Source: Phoronis australis (lineage: Eukaryota > Animalia > Phoronida). Taken from it: a stretch of 64,000 bases of DNA. This document shows, piece after piece, positions 1-10,443 of this stretch (the stretch's first letter is position 1; the number at the start of each line of letters is the position of its first letter). The stretch spans positions 1,210,031 through 1,274,030 of the forward strand of contig NMRA01000003.1 of assembly GCA_002633005.1 (NCBI GenBank), written 5' to 3'. The notes below the pieces were generated by a model. It ran no database searches. It was not told the DNA's origin and saw only the letters and a program-made list of their open reading frames with translations. Both the position numbers and the translations under genes were made by a program.

Positions 1-240
1 AGCACGATTTTCTGTAAAATGATCGTAATTTAGCAGCAAAGTTTGATAGCAATGCACAGCAGTTTTGTTGGAAGTCTTTCATAGATTACAGATACGTCAG
101 AGAACGTAAATTTGATGAATCTTAGCTTCCGATTTCACCGTTTCGGAGACCGGGTTTCAACCGCCTTGGGTTATAATAAGCGCCCCCCTTGAACCGAACT
201 TTTCTAAGCGCCCTGGGCGGTTATTACGGCGAATACGGTA
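1..240. mobile_element. Right end of a Tc1/mariner(pogo)-like non-autonomous element
   Basis: Ends in ...ttattacggcgaatacgg+TA with repeated taagcgccc subterminal motifs, typical of TACCGTA-type TIR elements; the other end is outside the window. Confidence 0.45.
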
Positions 241-2512
241 GTTTGTTTTAAAAAATGAACATGTTGGGCTAGGAGGGGGTAACTAGTACCCTTAGTTCCT
301 TAGAATTTTGTGGATGATTGCAAATCATGGGTCTTGTTCACAACAGGACCTTTGAGATTGACATGCAAGGCCATTGAAAGTATAGTCGTTTGTAAACCCT
401 GGTAGAGGTCATACAACTGTCCCGGTTGGACTGCACGAGTAAGTAAATACTGGCTGAGAAGATAATTGCTTTATTAACCTCTATGCATTTGGAACAGCCA
501 AGCCCATAATGACATATTTTCCTGATTTGTCAAGGTGTTTGAAATAAACTGAATAAACTGATTTTGTAATTGAGGAGTACGTGAAATTGAATGAGCTATA
601 CCATGCATCGGCAACTCACCATGACCACTCATGCATGAATTTCACCACATGTACCATATGAAAACAGCATGAGATATCCCACATAAATGAAGTGGAGAAC
701 ATAAAATGTTCAAGGCTTGAGCACACAGTTAATGATAGTGCAGGTTTGTGTTGACATTTTCTGAGGTACCAAATTGACAGTGCAAATGTGGCAAGATAAA
801 AAATTCCTGCCATTACATTCATGAGTATAGCCTTGTGCGAAGTAAGAGACAAAGTATCATTTTTCTGAAGAATTTTAGTTGTGTGAAATAATAGGAGTGT
901 GCGAAATAGATGGACAATTACCATACAATGAACATAGTTTACACTGATTATGCCAGCGAGCATTGTGCCTAGTTGTGTGCAATGAGAACGAAAATTTCAC
1001 TTGATTGAGGCAGACAGTTGTTCGAGTTTCAAGAGCTCTCTGTCTGCTGACCAGAAGTTGTACCTGAGATTGCCCGTTTTACAATGTAATTTTTGACAGA
1101 AGGTGTGCCTATAAAGCATATGCTGACATCATTTCAATGATGTGATAGACTTAAAGCAAGCTAGCTGTAATCAATTTCATTTCATGAGTTAAATGATAGC
1201 CTTCAGCATATTCAGTGTAGCTTGAATTTCACATAATTAGACAAAAGACTAAATCTTCATTGAACACATACCGTCAATGGGTGTGATGACTGCATATTCT
1301 CTTTGATCGACATAAACAAGATCTTTAGAAGGAACAGATGAAATGTGTTGCTTGGAAAACTCAAGAGATTCATTCTGAAATCAAAATAGTCAGTATACAC
1401 AATAGTTACTCAATGAAATGCTGTCTGTCAGAGCCAAAATTGACCTATCGCCAGGATTTTGAGTGATATGGCTTTAACTGGCCAATCAGAACACAACATT
1501 CTTGATACATCTTCGTTTCCAAGCCGCCATTTTACCAGACAAACAACACGTTGTCAGGTAAAAGTTATTGTCTGGTTGTCGACATTTCGCAAGGGGGCGG
1601 AGCTTGCGATATGTCCATTATCATAAGATTAGTGAAGACATCAGTGAGTGGAGCTTGTCATGAGCCTGTGACTGAGACAGGAATTAAACTCAACCTCTGA
1701 ATGTTATTATTGCTTTGGTCAATTAGTATAGAATAAAAGGCAATTTAAGCTGGCCTTTAAGCCACATTACAAGTGTGCAGCAGTTTGTTTACATTAACAC
1801 CTTCGCATTTGCTTTACTGCAGTGATAAGTGGTCTGGCTGTCTGTGAGTGGAATGTTCCCGCCTGAGCATTCGGTTATTTCAATTGTTGCATTTTTCTCA
1901 TTTAATTTTGAAAGTTAATTATGAATTACATGACCACAACTGTATGTTTTAGGTCAAAATCGACTGACATTTGCCAAAGATATACCTATAATCAAGAAAA
2001 GATAACCAATAGTTATGTCTTCCTACTATAATCCATATTAAAGCAAGGTACACATTCCCATGAAATTGTGTTAAGGCGTGTAAAGTTAATGAGCTTTAGA
2101 GTGATTTTTCAAATTGTCACAACACGACTTTGTTGTGCACCATCTGCTTTCTAGAAACTCTTAGGCATTAATGAGCATGCAAAAATTTGATTTCCTGAGT
2201 AAAGAAGTAAAGGAGTCCTTCAATACTTAATTAGAACTTTTCTTATGGGACCCCTCTGGAATAAATAAACTTGTATGATCAAGCATCGCTATACCAAGAA
2301 AAAAGGTAGTGGTACAGATGTGTCAGACACACTTTATAAAATAGTTCCATTGAAGAACAGCACTGTCTGTGAGTTGCTGGTATTCAGATGTCCTCATGCT
2401 AAATCGTTTGTTTACACGACTGGGCACTGGCCTAACTGACCTACCCTCTTGTGGAGTGAGCTTAGACCCTGAGCTAAATTAAAATGTCTATTGCAGCCAG
2501 CAACACTGTGGT

Positions 2513-2570
2513 TAGGCAATGACTATTGCCTCTGTTGGCCCGACCCAACAGAGGCGACGATCATTGCCTA
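2513..2570. repeat. 58-nt near-perfect hairpin (mini-MITE or pre-miRNA-like)
   Basis: taggcaatgactattgcctctgttgg / ccaacagaggcgacgatcattgccta arms with a 6-nt loop; flanked by ctgtggt / ctgtgat, a possible 7-bp TSD. Confidence 0.6.
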
Positions 2571-3833
2571 CTGTGATACGTCTACCGTAGGCATAGACAT
2601 ATAGCCAGAATAATCATGCAGCTCTGTTTAAGGGTAATGGCTTACTGAATGGAAAATCACAGATAACTACGGTATATATGAGTCCACTCTGTATTATAGT
2701 AGCTAATGCAGGCCTCTTGACAATATATTAACAAGAAAGGTTGGTTTAATTACTCACTGAGTAAGCTAGTGCACAAAATTTGAAGCCTGGTATCTGAGGC
2801 CGGGGTGCCTGAGCAGGACCGTTACACAAATCTTATGCTAATAGGATTTGAACACAACAAGATGAGAAAACGTGCATTGTTTACTCCGGAGTATCCATCG
2901 AATTTCTCGGCACATCAATGAGAATGTCAATGGCTTGATGGCACCATCGGTTGAAGTGGGCTATCGCTATAATGCATGGCTTCATGAACGTGTGGGATGA
3001 AATAATTCCAGTCGTAAACCAAGGCGAATGAAAAGAGTACGACTATCAAATTTTAGCAATAAATAAGGCAAACCAACATGACATCTGTAGTGTTGGCGAA
3101 TGTTATTAGGGCATTATTAGGCAATATTACGGCTTAGCTGCTAAGCCGCTTAGCACATCCGGATGGACCAACTAGTATCATATGACATGTGTTATGTGTA
3201 GAGTGCAGACTGACTAGAACTTCGTGTCACCGTATTACATTTTCAAACATTTTGCACACACTTAACCTTCAGGTTGTGAAAGGAATCGAAGAAAATGTCC
3301 AAGGAATGAAGATTCCCAGGTGAAATCCGATCTCCATGTACAAAAAGCGGCATTCCAAACCCAGTTTTGAACAGCAGACACAAACTTCCGGGTTTAAGAG
3401 TATAAAAACAATGAACAATACAGTTTGAAAAAAATAAGCTACCATTCATTTACAAAGGAAGACAAGGATATGAAAAAAAAATTTAAAACTATGTGAATTA
3501 ATATTTTAATTCGTTTTTGAAGGAACAGGGAAATACATTGCCTCAAAAATCACATGTATTTTCAAGGGCGACCCCAAACCTATATTCATCCTTTTCAACG
3601 TGATCTCCATTTGGCATCGGTCTGAAAGTAAGAGCTTCCGTGAACAACTTGAATTACGTAGTTGTTTCTGTAGTTACTTGCAAGTTTTTACACCAGTGTG
3701 ATTTTGTTTTTCTCGCACACTACTTTTAGTTCAATGGATTAAATAAATTACGAGATTAATGCTTCTGGGGACGTCAATTCACTCGACGTGCTCTGGACTC
3801 TGCCAGTCTCTGCCTCTGTGCACCGATGACCGA

Positions 3834-4110
3834 TAGCCGTGCAAAGCTGTAGTACAGTGTTGCGCCGATGTGGGTAGAAACTGGTCAAATAAAATCTGGC
3901 ACAAAACTATTGTTAAAAAGTGCAATCTTTCTTGAGTAAATTAAATTATTTATCGATGTTAGAAAAATAGTTGTGGAGCGATCTATGGCCAGTATTGGTC
4001 GGCTTTCGGCGCCATGAAATATAGCGTCACCTATTGGTCAGTTTCTCTTTTCGCCGATTTTTCAGTCACCTGTTCCTCCACAAGGTTGCGTACACATGTC
4101 ACAACAATAG
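3834..4110 (+). mobile_element. Truncated, diverged copy of the TAGCC-terminated dispersed repeat (other copies at 34749-35446 and 58270-58999)
   Basis: Colinear with the other copies from tagcc..gcaaagctgta through gcgccatgaaata..gcgtcacctattggtc.gtttc..ttttcgccgatt..ggttgcgtacac..cacaac. Confidence 0.8.
4030..4084 (+). promoter_or_regulatory. Candidate RPSA TCT core promoter, 5'TOP tract and non-coding exon 1
   Basis: tttCTCTTTTcgcc at 4042-4055 fits the TCT motif of ribosomal-protein genes; two inverted CCAAT boxes upstream; donor AAG|GTTGCG at 4084/4085; unpaired acceptor ttcgcag| at 5457 before the ATG exon. Confidence 0.45.
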
Positions 4111-4192
4111 TTTGAAACAAATGCTCTATCATCATATGATTCATGGGAGTCGTCTTGAGTAATCTATGACTTGTAGTATGTAACTTGCTTAA

Positions 4193-5428
4193 AGGCGAAG
4201 GCAACCTTTTTTCATGTCATTTTTAGCAAAAATAGGGTTCGTTGATTATCCCAGACATATGTTTCACTTATTTACAGCTTTTCGTAATTTAATTAATTAC
4301 TCGTCTACTCCAGAACTGACGTTTTGGGAGGCAAGAATTTCGCGCCAATTTCTTTTCATACAGTCTGACAGTGAGAGCAGTTGAGTCAGTCATTGTTCTA
4401 CCTCGGTTGTGATAAGTTCGGTCGTCGTTTGCTTTTGTTTATGAGTCAGTCAACATGCCACGCTGTTGCTGCCTACAGAAATGTACTCATTATCGTCTCA
4501 CGTACAGAGGAAGAACTGTCCCACTTGCCCGAGTGTCCTGCGCCACACTCCCAGTGGATGGTGACTTGAGCACCCAAACTGCTTACATCCCGCCGCACGA
4601 CTCCCTCGTCATACACATGGCACCTTCTAAATAGTTCCAATACAAGTCCACAATAAACTTATCAAACTTAGGCTCACCGATCTGTTCATTGGATGACGAA
4701 CTGTCCTTTTCACTGGGTGTCAAACTGGGCCTGTATTCGCTTCCACTACTCAACATCGCTGCAGGGCTGCTTACAGGCTCTGGGATAGAAAAAACAGCAC
4801 ACTGGGAATCGCTGCTAGATCCTGGAATTGCATGCTATGGGATACGTTCGGAGGCACGGGTGACAGTAGATGAAGTGCCTCCAGTCACTGTATATAGTGG
4901 CCACAGCTCGCGAGGCTTCTCGCTTAAAAAAACACACTTCTCGGGGGTGGCGACGGAGCACTGCCAGTAATCAACAGCGCCGGTATGGAACCCTTCTTCA
5001 GGCGTAGTTTCGCAGGTTCCTTCATCAATTCAGCGTACACATCTCTGTCGTAATCTGACGGCTGAAAATGCTTGTCACTGCTTTGTATGTTGCGTGAACG
5101 GGTAGTGCTGCGTTCTTCACATGAACGAGCCAGCCAAGTACGGCGAAGTGTGTCATCCTTCGGAAAGCGATGCAAGGTACCCAAAGCGCGTGTGAGACGC
5201 TAATGAGTACATCCTGGTACGCAGCAACAGCGTGGCATGTTGACCATTAAAGACGAATAGAACCATTTGATGTAGGCAGTATGCTTCAAATTCCGCAACC
5301 TGCCCTTCAATGCTGATTACTGTGGATTTTACTCCAATGCACGTGCTTAAGATAATGTGAAAAAGGAACAGTTGATATAAAGAGTCGTCGAAAAAAAGAT
5401 CTTGGCCAAATTTTTGTTAAGTTATGCC
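4193..5428 (-). mobile_element. Decayed Kolobok-like DNA transposon with THAP-domain transposase N-terminus (pseudogene) upstream of the RPSA ATG exon
   Basis: Minus strand from 5238: MPRCCCVPGCTH*..LHRFPKD..W..DKHF..LKKGSIP (THAP C2CH), then after frameshifts SEYRPS..KFIV..LELFRRC..GAQVTIHWECGAGHSGKWDSS; TTAA|AGG at 4189-4195; right end uncertain. Confidence 0.65.
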
Positions 5429-5491
5429 TTAATGCACAAATCATTCTTCTTTCGCAGGTTGGTCCCGTAACTCGATTAATCAACTTTGAAA

Positions 5492-5624
5492 ATGTCCGGA
5501 GGTCTCGACGCGTTGGCCCTCAAAGAAGAGGATGTTACCAAGTTTCTTTCTTGTGGAACTCATCTAGGAGCTAACAATGTTAACTTCCAGATGACGCAGT
5601 ACGTTTACAAGCGTAAGCCTGATG
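5492..5624 (+). CDS. RPSA: 40S ribosomal protein SA (uS2), coding exon 1
   Basis: [45 protein letters not shown]; acceptor at 5457, donor GTACGT at 5625, phase 1. Confidence 0.97.
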
Positions 5625-5988
5625 GTACGTATCCAATTAATTTGATGTTACTGTCTTCTTTGATTACGTAAACATAAAAGGGACATAGTAAGCAGGTGCA
5701 GTGTACCAGCTACTTGTATATCTTGACTAGCACGTAGTTTTCTGGTGGTGTGTATGGTGTGTTTTGATTCTTCATCACAGGAAATGAAGCACAGGTGCTT
5801 TTAAGCACCACTTGTTCTTCCCTGTGGTAGTAGCCACTGTATTTAGATGAAGGTATGGGTCAAGTGAAAATAGTTCTTGAAAGGAGGGTACTAGTCTTTC
5901 AAATAGGCCCAGGGTCTTTTTATGTTAAAATAGTCGAGGCACAAATTCACTGTTTTTTGGTTGTTAGTCACCTTTAAAGGTTTCAAGT

Positions 5989-6119
5989 TGCAAGATGCGC
6001 TAAACCGGGCGTGATACACTGTTTATGCTCAGGGTAGACATCTTGCGAAATTAATTCACTCTGAACCATTGTCAAGTCTTTCTCCATAGACTTGCCACAC
6101 TGATGCGAGTGACACAGCT
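5989..6119 (+). ncRNA. Intronic H/ACA snoRNA, copy 1 (5' pocket matches the SNORA62/E2-type 28S site; 3' pocket matches the 18S U109-equivalent site)
   Basis: Hairpin gcaagatg..catcttgc, H box AAATTA at 6048-6053, hairpin tcactc..gagtga, ACA at 6114-6116 plus 3 nt; both pockets sit 14 nt from their box; near-identical copy in the next intron. Confidence 0.9.
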
Positions 6120-6318
6120 CAAATTGACAATTTCAGTTAGTGCAGTTGTACGCCTGCCATAGTGTGAGTTATTGTTTCAAACAATTACTAATTATTAAGT
6201 GCACAAGCCGTGTGGTTCTCAGTGTATGCATAGTTTTATTACTATAGTTCACGTGTATTACAGTGACACCTATGTATCAACTGATGTTCTTATTGGTGGT
6301 ACGTGTTCGTTTTCTAAG

Positions 6319-6524
6319 GTGTTTACATCATCAACTTGCGCAAGACATGGGAGAAGCTGTTATTGGCTGCCCGGGCCATTGCAGCTATTGAGAATCCAGC
6401 TGACGTTTGTGTCATCTCTGCCCGGCCGTACGGTCAACGTGCCGTCCTCAAGTTTGCCACTGCCACTGGTGCCACACCCGTGGCAGGGCGTTTTACTCCT
6501 GGAACATTCACCAATCAGATTCAG
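6319..6524 (+). CDS. RPSA: 40S ribosomal protein SA, coding exon 2
   Basis: [46 protein letters not shown]; AG/GT boundaries in phase. Confidence 0.97.
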
Positions 6525-6853
6525 GTAATTGTTGATAACCCTCGATATCAGTGTGCTGTGTTGCAAAGTAGATCTGGTGATTTTAAAGTGGAACTTGCAC
6601 GCTAATTCCTTATTTCTGTGATTGCTTGGTCAAATGAGTTAAAAACGCAACATATAGCAATGATGTGAATATGAAGTAGGTTGAAAATTGCCAAATGTTT
6701 TTTCAAGAATGAGTTTTGTGTTGAAAATGATCCACCATAAATCACTCAACCGTATCCAGTAAGTATCATGATGTGGTGTGGGGTAATAAAACTGCATGGT
6801 ACGGGTTATGTGATCCCCCAAGGTATTTCATTAGTGTAAAGGTCACCTATTTG

Positions 6854-7358
6854 CAGGGCTTGGAATTTTCCGCGGAAACGCGGATTTCCGCTTTTTTCAA
6901 ATGTTCTGTCCGCGCATTTAATTATATTTCCGCGTAAGAAAAAATCGGATTTGATATAAAATTTCCGTGACAAATTCCTTTCTTACCGCGGCGTTGCCGA
7001 CGACGTTCACCTCGAAAAGCGAAAGTTGCTCTTTATGATTTGGAAGAAGTAACGTAAATTGTCAACATTGCCGGGGGCATCTGGGATAGCGTGGTGGGAT
7101 TTTCAATGGCGTCTCATGTGATTGTAAGGTAAACCGCGGTGACAAATACTACGACTCTGCAGCCAAAAATGTGTGAAGGTGGGAGTGCGGGAGTGGACGG
7201 ACGAGCTAAAAAGACGCAGATACACGCTTTTTTTAGGCCTTCCGAATTCTGTCGGCAAAAGGTTCACATCGCCTATTTGCCTATTTCAAGGCTGGGTGCG
7301 CGCATGTTTTGGGCCGTAAAAATTTCCGCTTTTTTGTCATTGGCCATTCCAAGCCCTG
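6854..7358. mobile_element. hAT-like MITE in an RPSA intron
   Basis: TIR CAGGGCTTGGAAT / ATTCCAAGCCCTG; GC-rich subterminal ttccgc repeats; no clear TSD. Confidence 0.7.
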
Positions 7359-7431
7359 AATTATCTTAAGTTCACCAGATGTTGCAAAATTGTTCTGGGT
7401 GTGAAATTCGTTGCTTATAGCCAGTATGTTC

Positions 7432-7562
7432 CGCAAGATGCGCTAAACCGGGCGTGAGACAGTGTTTATGCTCAGGGTAGACATCTTGCGAAATTAATTC
7501 ACTCTGAACCATTGTCAGGTCTTTTCTCATAGATTTGCCACACTGATGAGAGTGATACAGAC
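7432..7562 (+). ncRNA. Intronic H/ACA snoRNA, copy 2
   Basis: Paralog of 5989-6119; H box at 7491-7496, ACA at 7557-7559; differences spare the target-pairing nucleotides. Confidence 0.9.
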
Positions 7563-7834
7563 TATATGTACACCTGATCAGCTACCTACTGTAAATTCAG
7601 CACATTTGTTGAGTAACTCGAAACCTTTTAAATTATAACTTATATTGCTATTTTAGCAGTAGTCCATTGTGGGCTTGTGCAGTAGATTACAATTGTTGGA
7701 ATGATTGCATCCATGAAATGCCTGTTAGAGTACTGTACACTGTCCAATGCTTGGGATTACTTCGAATAATGTCTGATACAATGACAGTTGTGAGAGTTTC
7801 TCTTGTTTATTTCCTTCTTGCCGTTTTCTTTCAG

Positions 7835-7993
7835 GCTGCTTTCCGTGAGCCTCGTCTTCTGGTTGTCACTGATCCTCGTCAGGATCATCAGCCTATCACT
7901 GAGGCCTCATATGTCAACATCCCAGTCGTTGCGTTGTGTAACACCGACTCGCCTCTCACATTCGTTGACTTGGCTATCCCGTGTAACAACAAG
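7835..7993 (+). CDS. RPSA: 40S ribosomal protein SA, coding exon 3
   Basis: [53 protein letters not shown]; phase 0-0. Confidence 0.97.
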
Positions 7994-8262
7994 GTAACTT
8001 TTTCTTTTCATTTTGAACTTAAGAATAGGTGACAACGAATACATATTTATCGCTACTTCTGCAAACATAAACATCAACTATATTCAAGGTTTGAGTGGAA
8101 CTAATGAGGATCTCAAAGCTCACTAGGTGTCGCAAGTGAAGCGAGGGACCTTACCATAGAAATGTCCGCACTCGAGCAAATCACGTTAAAAAGGACGTTA
8201 ATTTATGAGCACCAGCAGGTGAATATCGAGCTGCTCATTGACCATGTATTGCTTTGTCTCTA

Positions 8263-9175
8263 TAGACCTAATTCACGCGGCAGGCATTAAAATGCAAAGT
8301 GAGGCTCACTGCGATAAACAAAGCGGAAGTTGACATTGCGCGAGTTAAATGGCTGGTCTTTCGAGTCCAATCTGGGTATTAAATCTTAAAAATATGTCGA
8401 TAATTAACCACTGAGACGTAGAAAAATACACTAGGGAACAAGTCAATGCACCAAAGAGTTGTCTGGCGAAAGGGTATAAATTTTTTCGGAAAACTAGGTA
8501 CGAAACATGAAAAGTAAGTATGACCAAATTGCGGCAATCGTACCACGGATTAGGTATTATGCTGTTTTTTCTTGATCACCGTGATCAGCACCCCCGCCCT
8601 GTTGCAAGCTCTCATAAGCTCTGTCTCAAGTAGCTATTTGTGCTCTTTCAAATTGTCACCTGTGTGGTTACAGGTAATTTGAACTATGGAGGGAAATTTT
8701 AAATCACTAGGGAATTTTTAGGCATCGTTGGGGGAATTTTGCGAGATTTTTCAATATTTTGGGAGAGGAATAGGGCAGATATTTGGCCCCAAAATCGAGG
8801 GATGGAGAGCCCTGTCCATTTGGAAAGAAAAATGCATCATGTTTCACCCGTAGTCATGAAAACACAGCCTGGCTGGCCGAAGATTCCCTGGTCTGACTTG
8901 CTATGATGTTTGGCTACCGAGATGCAACAAAATATGTTCTGACTTTTCGAAAACATTTATAAATTTTACACGGAAATATTTTCCTTCGTCGTGGCGTACG
9001 GTAACGACCCAACGCTTCCGAAACATTCTAAAGGATTGTAAAACACAGTTGAGTGTCTGTATATTTTCTTTCGCCTTTCGAGTAACGTGGAATACAACTA
9101 TGCTGATAAGCCAACAGTACTATCGTAGCGAGCCTCGTTTTGGAACGTGCCTCCTGTCGGCGTGAATTAGGTCTA
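8263..9175. mobile_element. Non-autonomous TIR element (TAGACCTAATTCACGC family), short version
   Basis: TIR tagacctaattcacgc / gcgtgaattaggtcta with TA on both flanks; colinear with 59648-61130. Confidence 0.85.
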
Positions 9176-9304
9176 TAGCTCACATAGTAGACGACTCCAG
9201 GTCTATGGCCTGATTCCTAATTGTATTGGCACAGTAAACTGCCAGTTGACAGGTGACATTGTACTCACTGGATTTTTGGTCTTGATTCTTATTTTCTATT
9301 CCAG

Positions 9305-9547
9305 GGTATTCATTCTATCGGATTCATGTGGTACTTACTTGCCCGTGAAGTGCTGAGACTGCGCGGCACCATTTCTCGTGAAGTTCCTTGGGAAGTGATG
9401 CCTGATCTCTACTTTTACCGAGACCCTGAAGAGGCGGAGAAGGAAGAGCAGGCGGCTCTCGATGCTAAGAAACCAGCCGAGGAATTTGTACCTGAGCAAC
9501 AGCCTTGGAACGCGGCTCCAGATCTCGCTCAGCCGGCGGTTGAAGAT
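9305..9547 (+). CDS. RPSA: 40S ribosomal protein SA, coding exon 4
   Basis: [54 protein letters not shown]; donor GTAAGC. Confidence 0.97.
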
Positions 9548-10443
9548 GTAAGCAATATTTTATCATTAAAGAAATTTTCTAGTCTAGCAGTACCCCTGTA
9601 TACAATCGCTGTGGTGAAGATGTGGTCCACTTGCCCGTTCTTGCCAAAATTGACAGAGTTACCTGAGTTACACTGACGAATTTCACTCAGTGTTATTGCT
9701 TGTTGGTGATTTGCGACGCTCTTGTTAAATGTTTTCATGTTGGATCGTGTATGCAGCTGATCACATGTACTAAGAATGCGGCTTTAAGCAAATTTTTTAT
9801 TTAGTCCACCTAATGGCTAGTATTAGTCTCGACCTCTTACTAGGATGAGAAGTGATGTCTGAGTTCGCGAAGAATTGGCAGTACTGTCATTCTGTGAGAA
9901 CATGCTTGGCATGTAATATGATATGCCGTAAACAATTTGTAGACCCTAGTCTCGAGCAATAATGAAATGTCAGTCCTTCCAAAGCCTTGAAATCACCTCC
10001 AAATTTGACTAGGAACAATTTGAGGCCAGTATTATAACAGCAAGTGGTCAATATCAGGTGTTTTCTGATGGAATGGAAGGCAGGTATATAGCCCCTGTAA
10101 CAACTTGATTTAATACTCAAAGTTCACTGGCAATTTTGCTATTTTATGGTTTTTGGCTGATGGAGAGAAATGCCTCAGCAGTCTAATCCAACAATGTAAG
10201 ACTAAAAAATAAGCATATAGTTTCTGGTCTGCTTGTTTTTTAAATCGGATAAAAGGCTCGTTACTTAACTGTTCACATTCAAGAGAAGAAAACCCACCAG
10301 AGTTGAGCAAAATTATGCCGTATTTACAACAATTACTCAACTCTTGACAAATCATGGGAACCTTGCTTTGCCTTGCTTATGTGCTTATGTGCAGCTTTTC
10401 AAATGAAAAACATGAGACCTTGGCTGGAATTGATGTGTGCTGG

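Noticed and set aside
1421-1680. Alternative RPSA promoter (CCAAT, gccgccatttt, GC box, cag|gtaaaa)
   Set aside because: The motifs lie in a loosely palindromic MITE-like segment and lack a clean TCT/TOP start; cannot be fully excluded without transcript data.
4193-5973. Kolobok element ending at cacct|ttaa (5973) and so capturing the RPSA ATG exon
   Set aside because: The TIR match is weak, and the exon is an intact, in-phase part of the resident gene.
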